Shown: positions 26,718-36,170, counted from the stretch's first letter. The stretch is DNA of 64,000 nucleotides from Dehalococcoidia bacterium (GCA_965221065.1 OZ244861.1:2952280-3016279), one strand, 5' to 3'. Notes: generated by a model not told the origin, from the sequence alone. Translations and numbers: made by a program.

Positions 26718-28580
26718 ATGGCACTTGGCGGCTTTGCGAATCACGTGGCGCGGGTCAATCTGACCGACCGCAGCGTCTCCTACGAAGGCATCAACGAAGA
26801 CGACGCGCGCAAGTACATCGGCGCTCGCGGACTTGGCGTCAAGTACTTGCTCGACAACGGTCCCGAAACCGATGCCATGTCGGCCGACAACATGCTGGCC
26901 CTCGTCAACGGACCGATGACCGGCACCGAGGTGACCATGTCCGGACGCCTCGCGTTCGTGACCAAGTCTCCGCTGACCGGCACCGTGACCGACTCCCACA
27001 TGGGCGGTTGGTCGGCGGCCCGCCTGCGCTGGGCCGGCTTCGACGCGATCCTGATCACCGGTAAGGCCGACTCCCCGGTCTACCTCGAGGTCGAGGACGG
27101 CGAGGTCGAGATCAAGGACGCCTCCGACATCTGGGGCAAGGGCATTCACGACACCGTCGCCCACTTCGGCTCCGAGAGCGGCAACCGGACCGACGTCTCG
27201 GTCATGTCGATCGGCCAGGCCGGCGAGAACGGCGTGTTGTTCGCCTCATTCCTCAACGAGGACGACCGCGCCGCCGGCCGAGGCGGCACCGGTGCCGTCG
27301 CGGGAATGAAGAACCTCAAGTGCGTGGTCGTACGCGGCACGCGCGCGGGTCGCTGGCGACCCGAGCAGGGCGAGCCGCGGCAGAAGTTCCGCGAGGCCCA
27401 GGGTCAGCACCTCAAGCTGATCATGGAGTCGCCCGTCACGGCGCCGTCCTCAGTCAACGACGACGGCTCGCTCAAGGACGGCTCCGGCGCGCTCTCTGCG
27501 TTCGGCACCAACGTCCTGATGAACGTGGTCAACTCGATCGGCGGCCTCGGCACCAAGAACTCGCAGATGACGCAGACCTCCCCCGAAGCCGCCAACGCCG
27601 TCTCCGGCGAGACGATGCGCGACGACTTCCTCACCGCCGAACCGACCTGCCACGCCTGCCCCGTTGCCTGCAAGAAGGAAGTTGAAATCACCGACGGTCC
27701 GCACGCGGGCCTGAAGATGGAGTCCTTCGAATACGAACCGGCCTGGTCGCTCGGAGCCAACTGCGGCAACGACGACCCCGCCGTAATCGCCAAGGTCATC
27801 GACCAGTGCAACGACTACGGCATGGACGCGATCGAGATCGGCAACGTCCTCTCGATGTACATGGAAGCCTCCGAGCGCGGCTACGTCGACACCCCGCTCG
27901 ACTGGGGCGACGGCGCGGGCATGGTCCGCGTGACCGACGAGATGGCCATGGGCTCCTCCTCGATCGGCCAGACCCTGGGCCAGGGCACGGCCAAGGCTGC
28001 CGCTGCCTGGGGACACTCCGAGATCTCGATGACCGTCAAGGGCCAGGCGGTACCCGCCTACGACCCGCGCGGTCTCAAGGGCGAGGGCCTCGGCTACGCG
28101 ACCTCAAACCGCGGCGCCTGCCACCTGCGCGGCTACACGCCCGCCTCCGAGCTGCTCGGCATCCCCGTCAAGACCGACCCGCTGGACTGGGACGGCAAGG
28201 GGCCGCTGCTCAAGATCTTCCAGGACCTGCACGCCTTCTCCGACTCGCTTGACCTGTGCAAGTTCTCCGCCTTCGCGGTCGGCGCGCCCGAGTACGCCGC
28301 CCTCTACGAAAACGTGGTTGGCCTGCCGATGTCCGAAGAGGACGTCATGGTCGCCGGCGAGCGCATCTACAACCTCGAGCGTCACTTCAACAACCTGGCC
28401 GGATTCGACGGCAGCGACGACTCGCTGCCCGAGCGCTTCCTCACCGAACCCGCAACCGGCCCCGCTGAAGGCCACGTCTGCGAACTCGACCAGATGAAGG
28501 AGCAGTACTACGACGCCCGCGGCTGGGACGACGGCGTCGTCGGCGAAGCCAAGCTGCGCGAACTCGAAATCATCTCGTAG
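26718..28580 (+). CDS. aor: Aldehyde:ferredoxin oxidoreductase (tungsten-type AOR family)
   Basis: KSPLTG, AAGRGGTGAV, CHACPVAC, EYE, GMDAI, RGACH, LDLCKF. Confidence 0.93.
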   Translation: MALGGFANHVARVNLTDRSVSYEGINEDDARKYIGARGLGVKYLLDNGPETDAMSADNMLALVNGPMTGTEVTMSGRLAFVTKSPLTGTVTDSHMGGWSAARLRWAGFDAILITGKADSPVYLEVEDGEVEIKDASDIWGKGIHDTVAHFGSESGNRTDVSVMSIGQAGENGVLFASFLNEDDRAAGRGGTGAVAGMKNLKCVVVRGTRAGRWRPEQGEPRQKFREAQGQHLKLIMESPVTAPSSVNDDGSLKDGSGALSAFGTNVLMNVVNSIGGLGTKNSQMTQTSPEAANAVSGETMRDDFLTAEPTCHACPVACKKEVEITDGPHAGLKMESFEYEPAWSLGANCGNDDPAVIAKVIDQCNDYGMDAIEIGNVLSMYMEASERGYVDTPLDWGDGAGMVRVTDEMAMGSSSIGQTLGQGTAKAAAAWGHSEISMTVKGQAVPAYDPRGLKGEGLGYATSNRGACHLRGYTPASELLGIPVKTDPLDWDGKGPLLKIFQDLHAFSDSLDLCKFSAFAVGAPEYAALYENVVGLPMSEEDVMVAGERIYNLERHFNNLAGFDGSDDSLPERFLTEPATGPAEGHVCELDQMKEQYYDARGWDDGVVGEAKLRELEIIS

Positions 28581-28595
28581 AAGCGCCCGCTTCCA

Positions 28596-28646
28596 CTCTC
28601 CCCCCGCCGCAGGCGGGGGGAGATGTCGCGGAGCGACAGAGGGGGC
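28596..28646 (+). repeat. REP-like double-hairpin element, type A
   Basis: ctctccccccgccgcaggcggggggagatgtcgcggagcgacagaggggg; related copies at 54979 and 63281. Confidence 0.8.
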
Positions 28647-28661
28647 ACGTCCGAGCAGACC

Positions 28662-28934
28662 ATGATCATCCGCTTTTACGCGACGCTGCGGCCGCTGGTC
28701 GGTGGTCGCAGCGTCGAGTTGTCTGACCCACCCGAGACAATCGGCGGCATCCTCGAGCGTCTCGCCTGCCAGTACGAGGGGCTCCAGAATCAGCTCTTCG
28801 ACGAGGACGGCGCCGTCCGCCGCTTCGTCGCCATCATGGTCGACGGCCGAGACATCCGCCACATCGACGGCCTGCAAAGCCGGGTCAACCCCGACAGCGA
28901 ACTCGACATCTTCCCACCCGTCGCCGGCGGCTGA
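28662..28934 (+). CDS. moaD: MoaD/ThiS ubiquitin-like sulfur carrier
   Basis: RFYATLR...DIFPPVAGG with C-terminal diglycine, directly after aor. Confidence 0.88.
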   Translation: MIIRFYATLRPLVGGRSVELSDPPETIGGILERLACQYEGLQNQLFDEDGAVRRFVAIMVDGRDIRHIDGLQSRVNPDSELDIFPPVAGG

Positions 28935-28963
28935 TCTCGAGATTTCTACATACCATCGAGCGC

Positions 28964-29374
28964 ATGAGGATCGGGTTGCCAAGCCTACTCAGGGTCCAAT
29001 CATGGCCACTGAGCCTGCGCGCCTTTCTGTTCGGCTTCACGCTGGTCGCCATCGTGGTCGCCATCATTGCCGCGTTCGCAACTCCCTGGCCGACCGGGAT
29101 CCCCGAGGCCTTGCGCACACAAGTGGAGGCCACCGGCGCGGCTCGCGGTCAATACCTCGCCCAACAGGAAGCCAAGCGCAACGCTGTGAGTGAGGCGCGT
29201 CGCCAGGCTTCCGCGGAGATTGCCGGTCTGCTCGGGAGCGACAACTTCGATCGCGGCTACCAACCCACGTATCGCTACGCCTGGAACGACGCCATCAAAC
29301 GGCTCAGTCGGCAAGTCCCAAGGCAACGACTCCACGAGGAGGAACACAGTCAGTGGATTGAGTTGCTGAGATGA
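28964..29374 (+). CDS. Membrane-anchored hypothetical protein
   Basis: N-terminal TM helix then helical region; TACCAT-7nt-ATG. Confidence 0.6.
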   Translation: MRIGLPSLLRVQSWPLSLRAFLFGFTLVAIVVAIIAAFATPWPTGIPEALRTQVEATGAARGQYLAQQEAKRNAVSEARRQASAEIAGLLGSDNFDRGYQPTYRYAWNDAIKRLSRQVPRQRLHEEEHSQWIELLR

Positions 29375-29856
29375 GCCTCGGAGCCCCGCTCACACCGCCG
29401 CCGCACGGTCCGCGAAATCTCGTCAGGCTGGTCATGTGGCGATCGCCGCAGGAGGCCGTGAAGCGAACGTTGGCCTGGTTCCTGATCGGAGCGGCCATCG
29501 CCGCCTTGCTCGGTTGGGTGCTATTGGAGGCGTTGCCCGACGCCCTGCAGACGTCCGCGCGCGACATCCGCGAGATCAGACAACAGGCCCTTCACCATGC
29601 CTACGTCGCCGAGTACGACGATGCCTATGCAGCTGCTGTGGCTGATCGAGTCACATTCGAGCTCGCGCAACTCGTGCTCGAGTCCCGCCGCGACGCCGAT
29701 TCAGCATGGGCCGAGGGCGTCCACCGGGGCTGGGCGGAGGGTTGGAACGATGCCCTCGATGCAATGCTCGCCGCTTCGATTGAAGCCGGGGCAGAGCCGG
29801 ATTCGCTCGAGTTGAACGCCCTCAATGGCGCTGCAAGGCGAACCGCAGGCCGTTGA
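29371..29856 (+). CDS. Membrane-anchored hypothetical protein
   Basis: One TM helix, AWAEGVHRGWAEGWNDA GxxxG repeats, 4-nt overlap with the previous gene. Confidence 0.6.
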   Translation: MSLGAPLTPPPHGPRNLVRLVMWRSPQEAVKRTLAWFLIGAAIAALLGWVLLEALPDALQTSARDIREIRQQALHHAYVAEYDDAYAAAVADRVTFELAQLVLESRRDADSAWAEGVHRGWAEGWNDALDAMLAASIEAGAEPDSLELNALNGAARRTAGR

Positions 29857-29935
29857 CTCCCGTCGTCGCCGGCGCTGCAAGTTGCCTGCACCACAGCAGT
29901 GCCATCGAGATCGGTCACGGGCATACTCTGAATCC

Positions 29936-31369
29936 ATGACCCGAATTCTCATCCTCGGAGCCAGCGGCTACGTCGGCGGACACCTCGCGCCGCGGCTCGC
30001 GTCCGAGGGCTATCACGTCCGCGCCGCCGCGCGTCGGATTGATGCATTGCGAGCCCGCGGCTGGGACGCTGTCGAGTGCGTCCGCGCCGACGCGCTCGAG
30101 CCCGACTCCCTGCACGACGCGCTCGAAGGCGTCGACGTGGCCTACTACCTCGTTCATTCCATGGCCTCCGGCAGCAACTTCTCCGACCTCGATCGGCGCG
30201 CGGCCGCCAACTTCCGCGACGCGGCCGCCCAGGCAGGTCTCAAGCGGATCATCTACCTCGGCGGTATCCAACCCTCGAACGGCGCGTCGCCGCACCTGGC
30301 CTCGAGGATGGAAACTGGAGAGGTGTTGCGCTCAGGCCCGGTGCCCGTCACCGAGTTGAGAGCCGGAATCGTCGTCGGGCCCGGCTCCGCCGCGTTCGAG
30401 GTCATCCGCGACCTCGTCTATCACTTGCCCCTGATGCTCGCGCCGCGCTGGGTCAACTCGCGCAGTCAGCCGATCGCTCTCGACGATCTGCTCGACTACC
30501 TCGCGGGCCTGCTTCGACTCGACGAACACGGCGAGTCGCACATCTACGATGCCGTCGGCCCCGAGACCCTGAGCTACGGCGACCTGCTCCGTCAGTTCGG
30601 TCGCGTCGTCGGGCGCACCGTTCGCATCGTCTCCCTTCCCGTTCTAACCCCCAGGCTGTCGTCCTATTGGCTGGATCTGGTCACGGCCGTGCCGGCGAGC
30701 ATCGCCCGTCCCCTCATCGACGGTCTCAAGCACGACCTGATCTCGGAACGGCCGAACGAACTGCGGGACCTGATCCCGATCCGCCAGCGCTCGTACCGCG
30801 AGGCGGTCCAGCAGGCAATGGAGCAGGAGCAGGCCGCCGCGCTCACGATCCGCTGGACCGAGGGCGGCTTCCGCTATCGCCGGCAGCGACACGACGTGTC
30901 CTGGTACGACAAATCGGTCCGCGTGTCGGTCGACAGCTCACGCTCCACGGAGGAAGTCTGGCGCGACATCAGCTCGATCGGCGCCGATCGCGGCTGGTAC
31001 GTCGCCACCTGGATCTGGAAACTGCGCGGGCTCATCGACCGCGCCATCGGCGGCGTCGGGATGCGACGCGGACGCCGCCATCCGACGCAACTGCGCGTCG
31101 ATGATCCGCTCGATTTCTGGCGCGTCGCCGCCGTCGAGCCCGGACGCAGCCTGACCCTCGTCGCCGAGATGAAACTGCCCGGCTCCGCGGTGCTGGAACT
31201 CTCGGTGGATCCCGACGGCGCCAAATCGACCACCGCGCTTCAGGCGCACTTCCATCCCGCCGGCATCTGGGGCCTCTGCTACTGGTTCGGCCTCTGGCCA
31301 ATCCACATCCTCATGTTCAGACGCCTGGCAATGGCGCTCGCCGAAGGTCCGGGGGACCGTCCACGCTAG
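29936..31369 (+). CDS. Atypical SDR oxidoreductase with DUF2867 C-terminus (YbjT-like)
   Basis: GASGYVG, YYLVHSM, GSAAFE, DFWRV, EMKLPG. Confidence 0.9.
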   Translation: MTRILILGASGYVGGHLAPRLASEGYHVRAAARRIDALRARGWDAVECVRADALEPDSLHDALEGVDVAYYLVHSMASGSNFSDLDRRAAANFRDAAAQAGLKRIIYLGGIQPSNGASPHLASRMETGEVLRSGPVPVTELRAGIVVGPGSAAFEVIRDLVYHLPLMLAPRWVNSRSQPIALDDLLDYLAGLLRLDEHGESHIYDAVGPETLSYGDLLRQFGRVVGRTVRIVSLPVLTPRLSSYWLDLVTAVPASIARPLIDGLKHDLISERPNELRDLIPIRQRSYREAVQQAMEQEQAAALTIRWTEGGFRYRRQRHDVSWYDKSVRVSVDSSRSTEEVWRDISSIGADRGWYVATWIWKLRGLIDRAIGGVGMRRGRRHPTQLRVDDPLDFWRVAAVEPGRSLTLVAEMKLPGSAVLELSVDPDGAKSTTALQAHFHPAGIWGLCYWFGLWPIHILMFRRLAMALAEGPGDRPR

Positions 31370-31379
31370 GGTTGAGCGC

Positions 31380-31697
31380 ATGACCCACGCAGTCCGCGAA
31401 CTGACCCTCCGCGCCGTCCCGATCTGGCTCTTGCGCCAGTACCTCGAGCAATTGGGAGCAACGGAAATCGAGCCGCCCGCTCCCGGTCCCACGGATCCTG
31501 ACGGCGTCGTCCCGCCCGACGCCGCGATGTCCGGCGACGGCTGGACCGTGATCTGGCGCTCCGAGCAGCGCCAAATGCACCCTCGACTGCCGACCATGAT
31601 GGATGAGCACTACTTCGTCTTCACCGCCGAGTCGGAACAGGCGGTGGAGGAGCTGCTCGACCGCTTCATGATGAAGGCCCAGCGCGGCGGCGGCTAA
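31380..31697 (+). CDS. DUF1952-like (MoaD-related C-terminal domain) protein
   Basis: VPIWLLRQYLEQLGA...GDGWTV...AQRGGG C-terminus. Confidence 0.6.
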   Translation: MTHAVRELTLRAVPIWLLRQYLEQLGATEIEPPAPGPTDPDGVVPPDAAMSGDGWTVIWRSEQRQMHPRLPTMMDEHYFVFTAESEQAVEELLDRFMMKAQRGGG

Positions 31698-31748
31698 CGA
31701 CTGTTCATTTCATCACACCGACCATCCTCGCTCGGACTCGAAACGCGA

Positions 31749-31769
31749 TATAGTTAGAACACATGATCT
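31749..31769 (+). promoter_or_regulatory. -10 hexamer next to a putative LexA (SOS) box
   Basis: TATAGT at 31749-31754, then AGAAC-ACAT-GATCT (one mismatch to AGAAC-N4-GTTCT). Confidence 0.5.
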
Positions 31770-31791
31770 CAATGGCCGAGGAGGTGTCGAG

Positions 31792-31938
31792 GTGGCTCAA
31801 CAGCAAGACAGGATGGTAGCGCGCAGTTGTCAACCCGAAATACTTGCCGCGAACCAGCAGCCCGGCGCCGCGCGAAAACCGAACGTATCCGAACATATCC
31901 GAACAGGCTCTCGCTGCCCGAGCCGAAAAAACACCTGA
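31792..31938 (+). CDS. Putative 48-aa small ORF or gene remnant
   Basis: GAGGAGGTG RBS, GTG start, MAQQQDRMVARSCQPEILAANQQPGAARKPNVSEHIRTGSRCPSRKNT. Confidence 0.3.
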   Translation: MAQQQDRMVARSCQPEILAANQQPGAARKPNVSEHIRTGSRCPSRKNT

Positions 31939-32051
31939 AAGAAGCTGAAGAAACCTGAAAAAACCTGAAAGGCAAAACCGACGATCCTCAGCGTATGACT
32001 GAAGATCCGCTCTCGTTCCCGTCAGGAAAAAAAGTTCCCTGAAACCTGAAA
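31879..32051 (+). repeat. A-rich tract of 10-bp-phased direct repeats
   Basis: CCGAAC at 31879/31889/31899; CTGAA at 31935/31945/31955/31965; CCTGAAA at 32038 and 32045. Confidence 0.75.
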
Positions 32052-32138
32052 GCCGCGCTTACGTCGCTCGCGAACGAACCAGGCCCCGACCGTCGGACCT
32101 ATCATGGCCGCTGACGAGGACCGCTGACGGAGGCCGAC

Positions 32139-33356
32139 ATGCCCGGACCGCTTGACGGAGTACGCGTCTTTGACCTGACCCTGTGGATGGTCGGACCCTG
32201 GGCCTCGACGCAGCTCGGAGCCCTGGGCGCGGATGTCATTCACATCGAGCAGCCGTCCATCGATCCCCGCACCCTTGGCGCAGGTGTGCCGCCGACGATC
32301 AATGGCACGTCGATCGGCTACATGACCTGGAACCAGAACAAGCGCGGCCTGTTCCTCGACCTCAAGTCCCCCGCTGACCGGCAGACCGCCTACGAGCTCC
32401 TGCAGACCTGTGATGTGTTCCTGATCAACATGCGCCCCGGCGCTGCTGAGCGGATGGGCGTGGGCTACGAGCAGGTGAAGGCGGTCAATCCCGACATCAT
32501 CTACACCGCCATCACCGGCTGGGGCGAGATCGGCCCCATGCGCGACAAGCCCGGCGCCGACGTCCAGGCCCAGTACTTCACCGGTTTCTGGTCCGTCAGC
32601 GGCGCAGAGGGCGGCCGCCCCGAGGTCTATCGCCACATGGCCCAGATTGACGCCACGACCGGCAACGTCGCCGCACAGGCAGTCCTGATGGGGCTGCTGG
32701 CGCGCAAGCGAACCGGCCAGGGGCAGCGCATCCACGTCGGCATGGTTCGCGCCGGCATGGCGCTACAGAGTGGACGGATCGCCGAGTACCTCAGCACCGG
32801 AGCACTGCACCAGCCGCAGGGCTCGGCCGCGTTTGCGACCGCGCCCGACCAGGCCTTCCAGTGCCAGTGGGGCGACTGGATCGGCGTTTCCGTCACCGGC
32901 GAGGACGAATGGCAGCGGTTCGCATCGGTGATGCGAGACTCGGAAGCGGAAGTCGAGGGGATCAACGACCTGGCGAGCGATCCGCGCTGGACCACCAATC
33001 GCGATCGTGTAGCCCGACGCACAGAGTTGGCGGCACTGCTTCAGGCGGGATTCCTGCAGCGACCCAGGCACTACTGGATGCTGCGACTCAGCGCGGCTGG
33101 AGTCCCCTGTGGCTACCCGATTTCCTTCGAGACGCTCCAACACCACGCCCAGGCCATCGAGAACCAGTACCTGCGAGAGGTCGAGACCTCAGGCTGGGGC
33201 AAGGTCTGGACCGGCGGCGCGCCCTGGGAGCTTTCACGCACGCCCGCCCGCTGGTTCGGCGCCTGTCTGCCGGGCGAGCACACCGGCGAGATCCTTGATG
33301 AACTCGCCGCGCGAAGAGCGACGGCCGACGAGCCGACGCCGGTGATCGGCGACTAG
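32139..33356 (+). CDS. Family III CoA-transferase (CaiB/BaiF)
   Basis: PLDGVRVFDL, LGADVIHIE, NQNKRG, AQIDATTG (catalytic Asp position). Confidence 0.92.
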   Translation: MPGPLDGVRVFDLTLWMVGPWASTQLGALGADVIHIEQPSIDPRTLGAGVPPTINGTSIGYMTWNQNKRGLFLDLKSPADRQTAYELLQTCDVFLINMRPGAAERMGVGYEQVKAVNPDIIYTAITGWGEIGPMRDKPGADVQAQYFTGFWSVSGAEGGRPEVYRHMAQIDATTGNVAAQAVLMGLLARKRTGQGQRIHVGMVRAGMALQSGRIAEYLSTGALHQPQGSAAFATAPDQAFQCQWGDWIGVSVTGEDEWQRFASVMRDSEAEVEGINDLASDPRWTTNRDRVARRTELAALLQAGFLQRPRHYWMLRLSAAGVPCGYPISFETLQHHAQAIENQYLREVETSGWGKVWTGGAPWELSRTPARWFGACLPGEHTGEILDELAARRATADEPTPVIGD

Positions 33357-33357
33357 G

Positions 33358-34524
33358 GTGCCGGGTCCGCTGGACGGCTATCGCGTGATCGAGATCGCCG
33401 AGGGTGTCGCCGGACCGTACACCGCGATGTCGCTCGGCGACGCGGGGGCGGATGTCGTCAAGATTGAGCCGCCCGACGGAGATCGGTCCCGTGGTTGGGC
33501 GCCATCCGCTGGTGAAGATTCCCCCCTGTTTCTGGCGCTGAACCGCAGCAAGCGCGGAATCGTGCTGGACTGGTCGTCGGAAGAGGACATCGAGACGGCC
33601 CGTCGCCTGCTCTGCTGCGCCGATGTCGCCGTGGTCGACAAGTACGGCCTGCCGCCCCAACTTGGCTGGGAGCAGCTCGATGCTCCCGGTCTCGTCTACT
33701 GCGCCATCTCCGGCTTCGGGCCGCAGGGCCCCTGGGCTGATCGACCCGTATCTGAGATCGCCGCCCAGATGGCCAGCGAGGCGACGTCGTCGCTCGGCAA
33801 CCTTGGCGAAGCCCCGGTTCGTCACGGCAGCGACATCGGCTCCGTCTTCGCGGCCAACAACGCCATCCAGGCGATCTGCGCCGCCCTCTACGCCCGCGAC
33901 GACAGCGATCCGGCCAATCCCGCCGGCGGCCAGCGCGTCGAGGTCTCCCTCTTCGGCAGCCTCATCGCGATGCGCTCCACCTTGTGGGTCGCATTATCGA
34001 ACGCCGACGAGTGGTGGGGATTCCACCTCGACAGCTACGTCAAGCCCCCCGACCACGGATACCAGTGCCGCGACCTGCCGATCTACTTTTCGCTCGCCCG
34101 AATCCGCGGCGAGGCGTTCGAATCGCTGATCGACGAACTCGGCATGGACTGGGCGCGCGAACATGCCGACTACGAGAAACTGCGCGCCGACGGCGCCGGC
34201 GGAGCGGGCCGCTACTCGGCAGAACTCAAGCCGCTCTGGGAGCGAGGCTTCGCCAACTTCGACGCCGAACAGGTCATGGAGATCGTCGAACGCCACGGAG
34301 GCTGGGCCTTCCCAATGCACGACTACGAGCGCCTCAGTAAAGACCCGCAAGTCGAAGCCGTCGGAGCCCTCTTCGATCTCGAACAGGCCGACGGATCCGT
34401 CATGCGCCACGTCGCCCCACCCTGGGACTTCGAAGGAACGCCTGTCCCGACGCCAACGCGCCCGGCGCCACGACTCGGCGAGCATCAGGACGAGGTGCTG
34501 GGCGAGCTGGCTGCCCGGTCGTAG
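33358..34524 (+). CDS. Family III CoA-transferase-like protein (possibly non-catalytic)
   Basis: PLDGYRVIE, GADVVKIEPP, NRSKRG, APRLGEH; DIGSVFAA at the expected Asp site. Confidence 0.88.
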   Translation: MPGPLDGYRVIEIAEGVAGPYTAMSLGDAGADVVKIEPPDGDRSRGWAPSAGEDSPLFLALNRSKRGIVLDWSSEEDIETARRLLCCADVAVVDKYGLPPQLGWEQLDAPGLVYCAISGFGPQGPWADRPVSEIAAQMASEATSSLGNLGEAPVRHGSDIGSVFAANNAIQAICAALYARDDSDPANPAGGQRVEVSLFGSLIAMRSTLWVALSNADEWWGFHLDSYVKPPDHGYQCRDLPIYFSLARIRGEAFESLIDELGMDWAREHADYEKLRADGAGGAGRYSAELKPLWERGFANFDAEQVMEIVERHGGWAFPMHDYERLSKDPQVEAVGALFDLEQADGSVMRHVAPPWDFEGTPVPTPTRPAPRLGEHQDEVLGELAARS

Positions 34525-34965
34525 CTACATGCTCGCCGGGCGAAACACCGGCAGCGTGATCTCGTCATCCACCGTGCGGAAGTCGACCTCGACAGCTAGG
34601 TCGCAACTGACGTCCTCATCCTTCACGTCGACGAGAGTCGAGTACATGTAGGGACCCTCCTCAAGCTTGATCAGCGCGACGGTGTACGGATACTCGTCGG
34701 GCGACCAGCCGGGGAAGTACTTCTGCCACATGCGGATCCAGGACCAGACCGTGCCGTGACCCGAGATCGGCCGCCACTCCCAGTCGTCCTGGAGGCAGCG
34801 TGGACACGCCTCAGCCGGCGGGAACCAGGGCAGATCGCAGATGTTGCAGAACTGAATCTGCAGCACACCCTCGCGGCAGCCGTCCCAGAACGGCTTGGTC
34901 AATTCGAGCACCGGAGGCAACGGCTTCTCGTAGCTGAGTTCCGGTGATTGCGATTGCGTGGTCAT
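34525..34965 (-). CDS. DUF35 Zn-ribbon/OB-fold protein
   Basis: CNIC...FPP...CPRC, PYTVALIKLEEGP, PVFRP. Confidence 0.9.
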   Translation of the reverse strand: MTTQSQSPELSYEKPLPPVLELTKPFWDGCREGVLQIQFCNICDLPWFPPAEACPRCLQDDWEWRPISGHGTVWSWIRMWQKYFPGWSPDEYPYTVALIKLEEGPYMYSTLVDVKDEDVSCDLAVEVDFRTVDDEITLPVFRPASM

Positions 34966-34977
34966 CGAGCGTCTCCC

Positions 34978-36153
34978 TTAGTCCCCGCGGCGCAAGATGT
35001 GTCCGGTGGCCAGCGGCGCGGCGCAGGCGTAGAGACCGTATTGCGCGTCGTCTACCTGTCGCTCGCCGCACTCCTGCCGGAGCTGTCGGACCGCCTCGAC
35101 ATGCAGCGCCCAGCCCTGCATGTAGGACTCGCTGGTGTGTCCGCCGCCGGTGTTGAGCGGCAGCTCGCCGCGCAGACCGATCCGCTCCGGCGTAATCCAG
35201 TCGCCGCCCTCGCCCGGTTCGCAAAAGCCCATCCCCTCGAGCGTGAACAGCATCGTCGGCGTGAAGTTGTCGTACAGCTGCGCGAACGCCAGATCGTCGC
35301 GCTGGGCGTCGGAGATCGCAAACAGGTCGTCAGCGATCTGCGACATCGGCTCGTGCCAGAAATCGTCGGCGACGTAGACAGGGGTGATGTCGGACGCCTG
35401 CGAGGTCGCGTGAATCAGCACCGGCGTGTGCTTCAGGTCGCGCGCCCGCTCGGCCGACGTGACGATGAAGCAGACGCCACCGTCGTTGATCAGGCAGTAG
35501 TCGAGCAAGCACAGCGGCTCGGCGATGTAGCGAGCGCCCTCGTAGTCGTCCATCGTGATCGGCCGTTGCATTACGGCGTTCGGATTGAGCGCCGCGTTGG
35601 CGCGGTTCGAGATGGCCAGGTGGCCGAGCGGCTCCGTCGTCGTGCCGTAGCGGTATTGGTGTCGACGGAACATCATCGACGTCACCGCGCCCGGCGAGGT
35701 CATCCCGTACGGCGCCTCGAACATCGCCTGGGTCGAGATGCCACGGCTCTCGCCGCCGTACTTCGCGCCCGCCGAGCGTCCGTTGTTGCCGTAGATGCAG
35801 GCCACCACGTCGGCCATGCCATTAGCGACGGCCAGCGCCGCGTATTGCAACGCAATCCCGGACTGCCGACCCTCGCCCGGCAGCACATTGACAAAGCGCG
35901 GATGACGCAGGCCGATCATCTCGCACATCCGCCCGTAGTGCGGCAGCCGCGAGACGATCACACCGTCGACCTCCGTGCGCCTCAAGCCGGCGTCCTTGAG
36001 CGCCTCTCTGAACGCGATCAAACCGAGCTCGTAGGCAGAGCGCTCAGGGTCGAGGTCGCGGTAAATCGCCCCAAACTCGGTCGTGCCGACGCCGACGATC
36101 GCCGTCTTGTCCTGGAGATTGCGAAGATCGCTTCGGTCGGGTTGGCTGCTCAT
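34978..36153 (-). CDS. Thiolase-fold protein, Ltp2/SCP-x-like
   Basis: AIVGVG, LDYCLINDGG, QLYDNF, NTGGGHTSESYMQG; paired with DUF35. Confidence 0.88.
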   Translation of the reverse strand: MSSQPDRSDLRNLQDKTAIVGVGTTEFGAIYRDLDPERSAYELGLIAFREALKDAGLRRTEVDGVIVSRLPHYGRMCEMIGLRHPRFVNVLPGEGRQSGIALQYAALAVANGMADVVACIYGNNGRSAGAKYGGESRGISTQAMFEAPYGMTSPGAVTSMMFRRHQYRYGTTTEPLGHLAISNRANAALNPNAVMQRPITMDDYEGARYIAEPLCLLDYCLINDGGVCFIVTSAERARDLKHTPVLIHATSQASDITPVYVADDFWHEPMSQIADDLFAISDAQRDDLAFAQLYDNFTPTMLFTLEGMGFCEPGEGGDWITPERIGLRGELPLNTGGGHTSESYMQGWALHVEAVRQLRQECGERQVDDAQYGLYACAAPLATGHILRRGD

Positions 36154-36170
36154 GCCGCGAGTCTAGGGCG

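Noticed and set aside
31879-31970. Short repeats as a CRISPR array
   Set aside because: The period is only 10 bp, with no unique spacers and no cas genes.
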